This document shows, one piece after another, positions 14,301 to 28,128 of a stretch of DNA of 64,000 nucleotides. Position numbers and translations under genes: made by a program. Source of the stretch: Yuukianura sp. NJ FZ-2021 (lineage: Eukaryota). Numbering within the stretch: the stretch's first letter is position 1; each line of letters opens with the position of its first letter. Location: NCBI GenBank assembly GCA_046563655.1, contig CM102284.1:7192001-7256000 (forward strand), given 5' to 3'. The notes under the pieces are model-generated. The model was not told the DNA's origin and made no database searches. It was given only the letters and a program-made list of their open reading frames with translations.

Positions 14301-17300
14301 CCCAAAAGCTTAGTGACATCACACTTTCACTTATTACTCAACACATTACAATAACACTAGAGAAAAGATACAGTATTAGCACAGCACAGCACTATTTTCT
14401 ACTTTCCCCAAATACTCATTACTGTTATCTCGTTCAGCCGACTTTCACGGGCGCCAAATTTTCACCAAAATTGGGACAATTTACAGCAAAATTCCCAACA
14501 CTACCACAAAAAAAACTAATTTCATCTTACCAAAATTTTTAGATAACACCAATTCTCTCGACAAATTTTTTTTTCATAAAATGTTTGCGTTCCACTGCAC
14601 ATGAGCCACAAAGTGAAAGTTGCTTTAACAAAAACTGTCCAAAATTTACCACAAACTCCACACCACAAGAGACTCTTAATAACTCCAGCCCCACCCACCG
14701 CAAATAAATTCCAACGAATGGACACTTTGTAACCAGCCTCTTTAAACTCTTTTAGACAACACAAAAACTAGTTTTCACGAAAGTGAAACAAATTCAAATT
14801 ACTTTCTTTTCACGTCATCTCCTTTCTCCACTTGTGTTCACAACTTTCCAGCGCTTTTGACCTGCTTTCTCCTTCCAGCATTTTCCACCAACACAGAAAA
14901 CTGTTTACTCCACCGCCCTAAGGCGAAACTGGAAAGTCCTCCACCAAGCTTAACTTAACACAACATCCCAAATCTTTTCTTCCCGTTGCCTCCAAAGGGC
15001 ATGTCGTACATAGTTCCACATCCAGGGCGGATCCAATTTAGTTAACAAGGAAGGAATGAACGGAAATGAAATCACCCCGAAAATTTATCAAAGGCCACCA
15101 GAGTTCTCCCAACACTCACAGTATCTCCTCTCCTGCCTCGCTCGCTTTTTAGAAAGTCCAAAAAAACACTAAAGAATTGAGGCCACGACTAACCTAACGT
15201 CGTCCTGCTCTTTTCCTTGTGCCTTCAGCATCATCAATTCCCCTTATCTCCCCCAACAGAACCATCATAACCTTCCATTATTTATTAATCAAAATAACTC
15301 TCAAGATGATAGAGCAAAGAGAAAGTCCTGAATTCAAAATTACCAAAAAATGATGTTTCCCGCCACAAACTCTCCTACCTAATAACCACAGAAGATAAAT
15401 CAGAGCAGAGTCAGGCCAATGCAGATGCTCCCATCCAATCTCAATCCCAAATTTCCTCTCCTTAATAACAGGACTAACCTCACCGAAGTGCATGTAACTT
15501 TCTCTTTCACAAGTCACAAAAGCCCGCCAAAACTTGGAACATGGTAACTTCATAGAACTGCAGGGAGACTTCAAATTTGAAAGTGGAACCATACCGAGAG
15601 ATCTGCCAGTAATTTATATCTTTTGATATCAAGGCTCCAATGCGTCATCTGGATTCCCCAGAACTAGACACACGGTTCAACATAACCTTACACAGCTCAA
15701 CTTACAAGACCAAGAGAAAAGGCTAACCCTACAACTTTCTCTTGCTCAGATTAACTTTCCCAGTTCAACCCAAACCTAACGCAAACTGTCCAAAGTTATA
15801 CTCAGAAGAGACAGTCATTCTCAAACATCTTTCTTCCAGGAACCTCTACAAAACGGTAATTCCCGTCCTGATTTACACAACTATTTTGAATTTCCGCTAC
15901 GCCAGCAACTTTGTTATTCCAACTTAAACTCCATTACAATCCCAGAAATTCCAAAAGTTATAACGTTAGGCAGGTCCCTGCATCTAAAAACATAATCATA
16001 TTTATTCCTCCTACTTTCCAATTACCTCACCTTTCTCCGTCAGGGTTCTAATTAACCTTAAGCTCACCCAGTCTAGTCCAAATTCACGAAATCACCCTAA
16101 CGTTTTCTACCCTAACACTAACATAGCCCATGTCTGTCGAAATTTCCAGCACCAAATAATTAAATATTCAGAATCCACGGCTAATTCCCTCCTCAAACTT
16201 GCTTTCTCCCACACCAGCGTCAGATTTTCCAAAAATTTTCGGGGAACATCCAAGAATATTCGTTTCATTCCAACACCGAAACAAACCAAATTTGTTTCTC
16301 TCAACAAAATGCTAAAGTTTTAGCACAACTTCAGCCAGAAGTTACACAATTGTCCCTGTCTCGTCCATTTCGAAACCCCCTTGGATAATTGAGTTCGTAA
16401 ATTCAAGTAGGAAAATGTCTCTCCTAAATTGTTGACCCCATCCTGCACCAGCTTGGTAAACTGACGTTTCAAATTACATTCCATTTCCAGCCTTCTTCGC
16501 ACCAGTCCCCTCCGGTGCGTTTAGTCCTCTTACGTAACCAGTTTCAGATTCTGCGCACTTCTCAAAACCCTCCACGCCCTTTTCCCAGACTATTTTCAAT
16601 TCCATTCTATCTTCTAATTCTCATCTATTTCACTCTCCCCAAAGACCATCATGCCATTGGAAAATGTCACAAGGATCCAATGGAGTCATTCCATCCCATC
16701 ACAAACCGGAGGCAGTATAACGGAAGCCGTCAATCCATCAACCTCTTCTCCCAGTACCGTAAAACTCACATTTTTTACCCCAAAAAACTCAATTTCAAAC
16801 TCGAAATCTTCTTTTTCAAAAATCGTTTCACCAAGCCTCACTTAACTGCAACCCAAGCTTCACTGCCAAAAAAATTCCCGATCGTAAAACCAAAACTTCA
16901 AATTCTGCCTGAACTCGAACCTGAAAAAAATTGGGTAAAGCAACTGCGTAAAGCACTGCTGCTTTTTCAAAATTCTGATAACTAAAAACAAAAAATATTA
17001 ATAAAATAATAAAAATAATAGAAATTGCAATAAAATTTCATTCCAGGAACCGTGTATCCAAAACTTTTCGCCTATACCAATTCCCATTTTACCCGGTTTT
17101 CTACCGGAACCATCATGGAAGAAGGGGAAACTTCGTCATTATTATGATGACATCTTTACAAATGTCAAAAACACACTTCTGCCTCCTTCCATTATGACAA
17201 CCAACCACTTCTTCCACACAACCAACAACATCCTTCACCAAGTCCAAATTGACATAAACTCCTCAAGTGCTTGTACTTCTCAAACCTTTCAATTTTCTCT

Positions 17301-20300
17301 CCCCCACCTAACCTTAACTTAACTCAGCCTAACAATTCAATTCAACTTAACACGCATTTCAACCAAAAACCAACACGCATTTCACCAATTTCACCAAAAT
17401 GCTTTGCCCCTGATCAATCCCTCTTCAATTTCCGTTTTGTTCCATTTCGCTCACAGCCAAAAAGTGACAAAAATTGAAAAAGAGAAAAAAACGAAGAAAA
17501 AAGTTAGTAACAAAATGACCCCCTCCAGTTGTTAAATTTGTCTCTCTGCTCCATTTCCTTGGCAAGACGTGTCCTCGTACTTGCAGGACAGACTAGTATT
17601 CGGAAATGGAATTTCTGTTTCAACACAACAGCAAAAAACAGCAAAAGGTTGTCACCACCCTTTCCAAAGCAAAAGCACCACTTTCAACTCTGAACAACAA
17701 AAAAATTCACTTTATGTCTAGTCCATTCCATTGTATTCAAAAAACTGTACCAGATTTCTTCATTTTTTTTCTTCTTCTAAGATTGAAAAACCTTGTTTGA
17801 AACTTAGAAGACAAGAACAAGGCAAAGAGCTTCTCTCAAGTCCTTTCATATCACAAATTCCTCGTTTCCTCCATGTTATTTTGTGCCTAAAGTCCATGCC
17901 TTTAAAAGGATTCAAGAACTGCTCCAAGACAAGAGAGCCAAAAGACCATGAAATATCCAAATAAAGTGGATCTTCACGCCGTTAGCCCCAAAAGGAAAAG
18001 AACAAATAACAAAAGGAGATCCAACTTCCCTTGGGCAGTGGACCACTCTAGCAAAAGTAGTTAACTGGAGATTCAACAAAAAATATCAAAAACCAGGACT
18101 GGAGAGGCAGGAAACGAGGAAAGTAGAAAATGCTTCAGGCTTTCCTTTTTCCAAAAACAGAAACGACGAGCTTTTTTGCTCAAATTTTGCAAGCATTAGG
18201 TTACTCTTCACCTGGAAAATAATTGTAATGAGGAATCAATAACATTGGAAGGCCATACTTCACCGCCTCCACTTTCCACTCCAAAATATTCATGTTTCAA
18301 AGTAACTATTATGACAAACGACTAAATAACCACTCCGCCCCACGTCCCAAAGGAAATTGAACTTCCCCTTGACTAACGTACCAAAATTCAACCAATTTCC
18401 ATTTTGAAATGACCAAAATTGGTACCATATTTATTTTTCATTAGAACAAGTTATCGAACTCCTATGCAAAATTACCAGCGACGACCCACTTTCACTTGTC
18501 CAATTTAACCTCTACGAAAAATCAATACACGAAACCTACACAAAATATTGACAACGAAACACTAAACTGAAAAACTAATTTTAATAGTCGACAAAATTTC
18601 CAATTTTAAAAAATTGGAATTGGATATTCAGAAATTGGAAAATACTCATTTCAATTTGCCAAAATTTCGTCAAATGAAACTTACAATTGTCAAAATTTGA
18701 TCAAACCCAGAAACTGCAATTTTCAAAACTTTCCCCAAAAAACTTCTTTCAAAGCTTTCTTTCAAAAACTTGGACCCATTTCACAATTCCCAGAACTCTG
18801 TTCGTAATTCACAAAGAAAACTGGTGGTGGGAGTAACTATGGAGAGCTCCCCGAAAGTCATAATATCCTTCATCCAGCATCCGGGAATTTATGAAGTGAA
18901 TGGAGATGAAAGATTTTGGCGCCTTATCAAGCAAAAACAAAAGAAAGTCCTTAGCACTTTCTCTTCAGTCAAATAACTGCTTTCCCTCAATGGATCACCA
19001 GAGAAATCCCAGTGATAATTTTCTCTTTCCTCTCCAACATAAAAGTCATTTCAACTCGAAATGGAGAAATTCTAACTCACTTTCTCCTCTTTCTCTCTCA
19101 AAAAGCTCAAAAACCTTCAATCCTCTCCTTTTGTAACTCAAATGAACTCTACAATTCTACCTATTTTCTTTCAAGTATAACCTGACTTTGTCTCAACTTG
19201 AAAGCACAGAGTAAGCTAACCTTACCAAAGCTAACTTACTTTCTAGCTTAGTACTTCTAGCATCTAGCTCTAGCCTCCATCTACATAATTCATAACAAGA
19301 AATTCAGGAATTCCGGCCTTTTCTCCTTTCCCGTGTTGCGACTAATTCCTTTTAAGTGTATTCCTGCCTCTCCTTCGTCCGCACTTTCTCTGAATCCAAA
19401 GAACTCCATTTGCAATCCCAACATTCCCTATGTTAGGCTTACTTAACTCAAAATAGCTTATACACTTTCCCATTCCCACTCCACTTCTTCCCATTCCACA
19501 AGTTCCAAACAGGTTTGCAGCGTTCCTTTTGTTTCAAAAGCAAAAACATATGCCATAGGGCTCTTCTCAAAAATTCCAGTCATCCAAAAATTAAGCACAA
19601 ACTCTCCCCAAAAACGAAGAAAAGCACAAAGACAGTCTCAAAAAACTTTGTTCAAAAGAGAAGATTAGAAAAGACTTGAAATTCATCTCCAGGGAGTCGC
19701 CATTCAGAGAAAGCTTCATTCCAGCGCTCTTTCGAATGAGAACATAAGATCGACCAGCAAAAATTCCTTTTCACTTTCACAATTTCTTTTGACAGTCGAG
19801 CACACTTTAACGCAAGATTCCAAAGTCCACCCTACCAAAAAAGCTCAAAAATCAACAATTTAATACCAGTATGACATGACGTCAAGAAGGAAAATGTCGC
19901 GTGTCCTCAAGAATAAAAAGGCCTAAGCCTATTCTCCTTTAAAAAAAAGTCAAATTCTTCCAATTCTTTTCCTTTCGCCAGAGGCAAATAACTCAACTTT
20001 CTCCTTGCCTTTTCCAGGTCAGAAGACGTTCAAAATTGAAGTTTTTGTTCAAATACATCATAAAACCATGGTTAGAGACTATAACAAAGGAGAAGAGGAA
20101 GAAAGTACTATAAAAATAAAATATGACATGGGGAGGTTGAGCAACTAGCCTCAAATATTAACACTTTAACAACCTCTCTAGCTGTTTCCTCCTTCCAACA
20201 ACCACTTTCCCGGGGCTAAGCTCCACTAAAGTGAAGGGACAGGGGGCTTAAGTCCGCAGTTTCTTGTCAGAGGGTTCTCCTGAAAGTGGTTCCTCATTTG

Positions 20301-23300
20301 TCACCTCTCAACACACAAACTCCAATGCACACAACGACAATACAAAGAAAAATCTTTCTTAATCGAACTTTCTCCTTTCAAGACACTTACATCTCCAAAA
20401 TCCACAAAAATAAACATTTCTCAAGCATCGTATTTATTTTAACAGCTTCCTAAGCTTTTTACACGAATTCATTAGAAGTACCTAAGAAAAAAGTCTCGGC
20501 CAGAGTCCGGGTTTACTGCAAAAAAAACTCCCTCACCCTAACAAGCCAGTTTTAGATTTCTCAAATCCCCAAAAGTCTCTCAGCAGCCATTTCGCTCCAA
20601 ATAACTAGAAAAACCAATAATTTTTCGACCATTTGACACGACATTTATTGTCGTCAGTATCCTTTGCTCAAATGGAATCCATAACCCATGAGCAGACGCA
20701 GACCACGGACACACAGGAATAACAAGAATCATATTCCAAGTGACATAAAAGTTGAGAGCCTAACTGTAATGGAAGAGCCAAATAGCCCATTTTCCATCTG
20801 CCTCTCCCTTGTTTCAACAACCTCTCTATTAAAATTATAATTTAAACTCAAACTAAAAGAACAAGTTACAGTTAACCTCAACAACTTTCACCCTAACCCC
20901 CAATTTCCAACTTTCACCAACTATCTCTCCCAACTACAATTTAAAATATCCCGCGATTTAAAATCTTGTCAGAACATTTCTTTCCACATAATCTCACAAT
21001 CCTCTTCACATCTCCAACCTTTATGTTCCATCATTAGAAGTTAGACGGAATAATTTTCAAAAATGTACCATGAAACCCGTATTTGAGCCTAACACAAAAT
21101 CCTACCAAACCTAACATCTCATAGCTTCTACGGACTCATAACAATAAAACCCAGAGATTTCCCATTCCACTTTCTACTTCCATTTCTACTAAATCGGGTC
21201 GTAGCTCCTCACTTTGTTACACTCAGGTTTCACTTTTTTCTTTAACTTTCTCTTTCATTTTAGGGCAAACGCTCAGAGAAGTCAGTGTTTCAGCGTTTCC
21301 AGCTTCGAGAAACCTAAAGCTGGTAACCTAAGCTAAAAAAAATCTCATCGCTTTACCAAAAAACGTAACCAATTGCACTAGCACTTTCTAGCCAATCTCA
21401 ATTTCTCTATTTGAATACCATTAGAACTTCCTTTCCATTTGACTCCGCTACTTCCAGGAGCGTTCCATTTCCAAGAGAAAAAAAGCGAGAAGGTTCCGCT
21501 CTCTGAAAAAATACTTTCAATGCTAATCGAACTTTCGTGAAAGTCAAAGAGCGCCCTAAAATTCACTCCTTTCAGGGAAAAGTAGGAAGTAAAAGTCAGA
21601 GCCAAGAGTCCATTCCCTTGATTTGGTTTTCGTAACCTCAGAAAAACTCAATGTGGAGACATAAGCCATGTAAGTACGAACTACTACGACCCAAAAACCA
21701 TCGTCTTATGTTCACCCTTTACTTCCAAAAAATCTTCTCGAGCCACTGACTTACTCCCTTGACTTTGTGCTCCCTCCGTAAGAAAAAACGTGTAGTAAAG
21801 TTAGGAAAACCTATAGTAGAAAGTGCACTTAACTAAATATTGCCGCTCCGTATTACTTTCACCCTTCATTTCCTGAAGAAAAGGACGAATGAATGAGCAG
21901 GCAAACATCCATTTTATTTCCACTACGCACAAAAACCTCCACAGCCACAACTCTACTCTAACTTTCTCCACCTAAAAATGGTAGTAGAGCTCAATACATT
22001 AAACATGAAAAAAATTCTATCGATTCAAGTTTTTTTTCACAGAGTAAGGAAAGTCCCCGTGAGACTCCCGCTGCTTTCTCTCCTAAAGTTTCAAAACCGA
22101 GCAACCGCCTTTTTTAGAAAAACTGCACCAAAAAAGCATACAAAAAATCTCAATTTTTCTTCTTATTCGAATTTTTAACACTGTAGAAAACTATTTTCCC
22201 ACACCTGAGCAACGCCTGCTTTCTCCTTAAGAACTCCTGCTTACACAAAATAAAACTGGAATATTTTCTCCACCTCCAAATACCCAATTTTCCCTCTCTT
22301 TTTTATGGTTTCGTAAGAAACGTGAAAGTCGACTACGAAAAATCCAAGGTAAAGGTTTAGAACTCAAATTGAACTGTAGAGAATGCGGCGGAATTTTTTT
22401 TTCACACCTTAACCCACCTTAAAAGCAGAAGAAAAGAAAAAACCACTTTCTCTTTTCCTTTCTTTCTTTCTAAAAAATCTAATAATATTTCCACATCCAC
22501 ATTTCCTTCCCACCGCCATTTCCCGACTGCTAATAGTTCCACGGAATTTTTCCAAATGGTATTTTCATTATCGCTAACTGCTTTCTCCTCTTCTAGCTCC
22601 TGTCGATGATGTCTAAGGATTCAACTTTCTTCTTTTTCGAAAAAAAAAAGAAAGGAAAAAAGATTCCTACGTGCCAAAAGAACATTCAGAACTCATCATC
22701 TTTTTTTCTCAAAAAAAAAAGTTCCAAAAGAGCCCAATAGTAGAAGTTTTACTACACAAAAAAAAATCTCCTCACCAAAAATCATTATGATCGGCAGTCG
22801 GAATGAAATTGAAGGTATAGAGGGAACCAAAAAGTTGGAGAAAGTCAAAAATAGCATCAAGGGGAAAGTAGAATCAATACGATAGACGTAGGGCGAGCCT
22901 CACCCAAAGTACATAGCCTTTAAGTCCAAGTCCAACCTTGCTTTTTAAGGCTTTCCCCGTAGAACATACAGCACAAAAAGCTACCTTCTCCATTTTTTCA
23001 TACAAGCAGAAAAGCTTCTTCCTGGACGCAAAAGACTTTTAATAAGGAGGATCTCATCGGGATTTATTCTTTTTTCTTTGTATTCTTTTGGAAAAGACAA
23101 GTGGAAAAATCTTGAGCTCTGGCGAGTCTTTTGAAAAAAAGAGAAAGCATTCCCGCGCTTTCTCCCCGGTGAGACTTCTACTCTAGTCTTTTCAAATCCC
23201 GAGACCAACATTCACTTTTAATGAAACCCGAATAATGAGATCGATATAGCACGAGAGACCGTTCATCTGCCATAAGCCAGCGCACAGCAGGACGCCTCGT

Positions 23301-26300
23301 TCGATTTCACTTTCTAAAGGCTCCTCTCTCTGCCAACAAAACACACTCAACATCGCTGTTCCATTTTAAATCTCCCGCCACTGCCCGCCCATCGGATCAA
23401 TTTCCTTTTTATTCCTGCCTATTTGTATGATGGAATCGTCGTTTCCTCTCCATTAAAACTCTACTGGCTTCAAATACAAAAGAAAGATCAAAAATGCGTT
23501 CTAAATTCTTCAATTTCTCCTCCGTTCAAAGATTCCTCTCCTTTCTACTTTCTCTTTTTTTTCCGAAACGCCCTATAATCCTTTCTCCCTGGAATAATGC
23601 TGCCAGCATTGGCTGGAAAGTTCGAGTGCCCGGACGAAGGACGAAAGTCGAGAACTGGCGGGCGTGACAAGAAAATCAAGTGCCAAAATAAATGCTCCTG
23701 ACTCCTGGGCGATAATTACTTGGTCTTCGTGGCAGGGAGTCTCGAATGGAGAAAGGCTTTCCAGGACAAGAGCCATTTCCAACACCGTGGCTCCTGCCAC
23801 AACCCGCTGCTGCCTGCCACCGTCTTTTTCACTTCAAATACTGCCACCATCGTCCAGCAGTCAGCACAGGAGAAACAACAGTGCAAGTAAACCAAGTGAA
23901 CGAAAAAAGAATAATGGAATCTTGGGTTTTTGAAACCATTTCCCTCGTCTGACAGCTCTCTCCATTTGGCTAAGAACCAGAAAGAATAGAATCCAGGAAG
24001 TGCCATTTCCGTTTTGCAATTTGCAAAAAATCCCCACATATTCCTCAATCCACACCAAAGAAAAGTACAACTCAACTTGAAATAGATTCCAACACTCCAG
24101 AATTTCAAAAAAATACATTCAAGTTAGCAGTTTCAAGAAAAAAGTAACCTAACATGAACTTAAGTTCTCATCAAGCGAGATCCGGTTAGTCCGGATATTG
24201 CTGCTAAACGCTGCAAAACATTTTTTAAAAGCTTGAGTGCTCATTTACTTGCAAACTAAAAGTTGTAAATGCTGCACTTTAAAAAATTTGCACATTCCGC
24301 TTTTAGCTACCGAAAATAAAGTTTTCAGTGCCAATTTTGAGTTGTAATTTCTAAATGAATGAACTCTTGACAAAAATAAATTCACGCCGGTAATTGCATA
24401 AACTATTTTTCTAGAACAGAAAATAGGCTCTAATTAATGGCTCTGTCGTGATCATCAAGATGCAGACAGCGAATGGGAGCAGAAAAGAGAGCGAGAGATG
24501 CAGTAAACTATTTTGCAGACCCGTTTGCATGTGATTCTCGAATTAGTCATTCTACTGCATCAACGTAACTCTAGAACTAGAAACATTTTGGCCAAAAACC
24601 TCCAGAGACTTGACTTAAACTTACGTCGACCTCATTGGTACTTATGGAGCTTAGTCTACTCTGGACTAAAAGGACTAATGTTCAAGTCAAATTCTCTGAA
24701 AAACCGGAAAAGTCATTCCTCTTTTCACTTTTTCTAGCACTGTGCTGACATGTCAGGATAATTCATTTAATTTTCTTCAGCCTTAAAACTAAATTTAGAA
24801 GTGTGAATGACTTGTAATGAGCTGAATTGAGCTCCTGCTGTAACTCCCAGCTTAACTCTAATGTTATTTTCAAAACGACTTTCAAAGCTCCCTCGAGCAC
24901 CCTGAGCGTCCACAAAACCTTTCTCTTCTTGTTTCACTTTACAATTGACCAAAATTCTAGCAACCCCCCATTAACTTGTAGTCGATTTGTCTTGTTCTCA
25001 TGTTATCGCTGCTGGTTCCAGTGCCTTATCTTGTACTTTTACCCCCGTTTAGTCTCCAAAAGCACTTTGTGTGTGCAAATGTCCCATTTATTATAACCTC
25101 CTACACTACTATTGTAAAGTGTAACGGTAACCTCTTGAGACTAACTTTCACCAACCAGCAGAAAAGCGTTGCAAAAACTTCGCGCGATCTTTAATCCCTA
25201 GGCAATTGCCAAAAAGTTAGGCGGGCCCCTCTGGACCTTGCTCCAGAAGTTGACAACTTTCACTTTAGCGCCCACAAAGTTCATACTTAAAATCAAACTT
25301 TTGAACTTAACCAAATCATGCAATGCAATGTCCGGAAACTCAATTTCCAAGATAGACTTTACTTCTTATAGTAGTGCATAAACATCGCGCGGGAGCTTTT
25401 TGAACGCAATACGCAAAGCAAAAGAGTTTCTGTTTTTCCAAATTTAACAAAAGTTGCATGTCAAGCGAAAGTAAAGAAAGAGTAAACTGACCTTTGCGAG
25501 TTGTGGCAGCATTGTCGTCGTGCTGGCAGTAGGAGTAGTCGACACTAGGAGACAACTGAAACGAAGTGTTTCTGGGCGGTGACTGTCAGGAAATTAGATG
25601 AAGGTAGAAAATGGACGTCGACGACGGTAAACTTTGTTTCTTGTGATGATGGTGCTGCTGTAGCTTGGAGATGCGACGACAAAAGGGAAACCCAAGGAAC
25701 AAAGTCTTAATTTCCGTTCCTAACTTAAAAAAGTTTCAAGTCCCACTTTGAGTCTTCTTTTGGGCAGAAGTGTACACTGTGCTGCTTTTTGCTGCTTATT
25801 AAAAAAGTTCAAAGTTGAAGCACGCCAACGCCAAGGTTCATGTCATGATATGATTCAGGATATTATAAGTTCTTAAATGAGTTTTCTCCAGCAGCAGCAG
25901 TCTTCTCCAGGAGATTATTCTGATTTTGTTTTCAGTTTATAAGGTGAGGTGGTAACTTGGGAACTTCAGTTCGTAAAAGATGAAGATGAGAGCAGAGGGA
26001 GGAGAGTGATGAAAGATCAATTTGCACTTTGGTCTTCGTGCCAGAAGAGTTTTTCCATCATCAGACTGCTTGTAAGTTCTTGTAGTAGACTTGGTCTGGA
26101 GGAAGATGACATGAATTGAGGCTTACACGAAGACAGACGAAAGAGTTTCATCCAACAACTAATGTCCAAGTATTTTTCTTCGTTGGAACTGTAATAACTG
26201 GCACTGCTCCTGGTGATGGGTTTGAGTTCTTTATGTGTGGCAACGTCAACGTCCTTGCTCAATTCCTCTCGTCTGCACTTTACTTGTCATCTTCGTCACT

Positions 26301-28041
26301 CTGGGAATCGCTTGGTCATAAGAAGAATTTGTTTAACCACTAAAATGGATGATGGAAGTTATATGTTGAGAGAACTTTCTCAAATAACATTCATCCATTT
26401 CCTTTCCCAAAAAGTCAAACGACACAGGAAGGTGAGTAAATCAAGTGAAGAAGGATCGATGACTTGAGCTCAGCAACAGACGACCAGCAATATTTTGAAG
26501 TTTGGAGTGTTTTGAGAAGTCACTAATAAAAGCAACGACGACCGTTTCTTTGGATTATTATGGTTATAGTCTCGATCGTTGACAGTTAACTGCGTGTCAG
26601 TCGTCACCCTTGAGTTATTTGCTTTTGTGAACCAATTCCAACCAACTATTCGAAGTTCACTTGGTCTTGGTGGTGGAGCATCCAAATCGTAGTGGTATGG
26701 GTCTTGTCGATTGCGTAGTCAGCAGATTCCCTGGAATAGTAAAACAAGTTATGAGAAATTCAGAAGAATAAAAACCGAAGAAATTCAGTACTACTGATTA
26801 TTATTGTTAATCTGCCACAGTATGGTATTTAGCAATACGGCGTGGAAACAATAATGCGAACTTAATCACAGCGTTCTTAACTTCTTTACTAAACATTATG
26901 CAGTTTATCGAGAATTGATAAGGCTAAGAGCGTCTACTATAACTAAGTTCGTAAGCATGTCTTCCATTTCCCTTCACTTGTTTACTACAAAGTGCCAAAA
27001 CCCAATCTCAGTGAATGACCTTTAGCAAAGTGACGTGACCTTGATAAGAGTGATGAGAAAATATACTAGATGAGTATGCCCTCGATTGACCTCGTAGATG
27101 GCTACTGAACATAAATCTGCTCGAATATAAATCTGAAACCTTATCACAAAGACCCCACCATTACCGGTCACTTCCAGTGTTCATGTTCAATGTAACTTGT
27201 TCTTTGCCCAAAAACAAACGCTCCAATCACTGCTTAATTGCATAAACGCTTGACACAATATACCCACTAACCCAATGTAGGTTTATGATCAAACATTCAG
27301 TTTTTAAAAAAGTACAAAACAAGGAAACCTAAAACGAAAGCCGGTGACACCACAAGGAAATATTAACCACCGATTCGTTGGGATGACCATACTACTGCTA
27401 AAGTGACGATTGACGAGCGAGCAAATAACGTAAATACTAACCTCTGACTAATGAGAACGATACCTTCCTATGGTTAATTCAATGTTTACGTTGTTACGTT
27501 ACCTCTACCTCTTCTGGGTCTCTGACCGTGTTGGAGAACTGCTGAACTCACTGGCACTGGTACTGAACACTACTGTGTGCATTTGTAGTATCAGACACTA
27601 CAAAAGGGTAGTATTAGACAAATAATTATTAAGTTAACTGTGATAGAAAACTTATCAGATCAGATGATTAAATCACCTTACGAACTTTAGCAGCTGACTT
27701 GGACTTGAATTGACGTTTGACAGTGACATTCCACGATCTTAACTTTGGCGGTTTCTGTTAACCGGTAATTAGGTGCGGTTTGCCCCGTGCAATGACTCCG
27801 GAACCGCAATCAGGTGACTCAACTCTTATAAACATTGAGCACCCACAATACACATTGCAATGACGAACACAAAAACAATGTTTAGTACGAAATTCCACTC
27901 ACCCTCTGCTCTGGAATGCCGTTGCAAATTTACAATCCAACCTCCTAATCAACGACATTTAAACGTTTTTTTTTCGCACTGGAAAGGTCAGAGGATACTT
28001 CTGCCTTCTCTCCCTCTTTGTCTCTCAAAAATGTACACCGG

Positions 28042-28128
28042 GGCGGGAATTACGAAATAATTGCGGGAATTTCGAAACCAAAATTATTTCGGGAAATACG
28101 AAATTTTAGCGGGAAATACTAAATTATT
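28042..28128. repeat. Four imperfect ~20-27 nt tandem copies of GCGGGAAwTwCGAAAT (E2F-like cores)
   Basis: gcgggaattacgaaataatt / gcgggaatttcgaaacc / cgggaaatacgaaatttta / gcgggaaatactaaattatt, upstream of the inferred minus-strand TSS near 27.75 kb. Confidence 0.6.

Larger units (their letters stand above)
1..27760 (-). other. 5' end of a large minus-strand gene: 5' exons plus a >=25 kb intron running off the window start (identity unknown)
   Basis: Minus-strand splice chain: donor GTAAGG after 27682; exon 27597-27503 (TTTGTAG|...|GTAACG); exon 26730-25492 (TTCCAG|...AAG|GTCAGT) ending in a possible start ATG CTG CCA CAA CTC GCA AAG (MLPQLAK, ATG at 25512). Bases 1-25 kb have no credible long ORF and are strongly A/C-rich on +, i.e. 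T/G-rich on the presumed sense strand. Confidence 0.5.

Noticed and set aside
23573-24118. GC-richer patch with overlapping ORFs on both strands
   Set aside because: No convincing flanking splice sites or protein motif. It could be an enhancer or alternative first exon but is unsupported.
175-25200. Dozens of 60-156 aa ORFs in the first 25 kb
   Set aside because: Low-complexity K/F/S/N-rich translations that reflect base skew, with no motifs or splice continuity. Treated as intronic noise.
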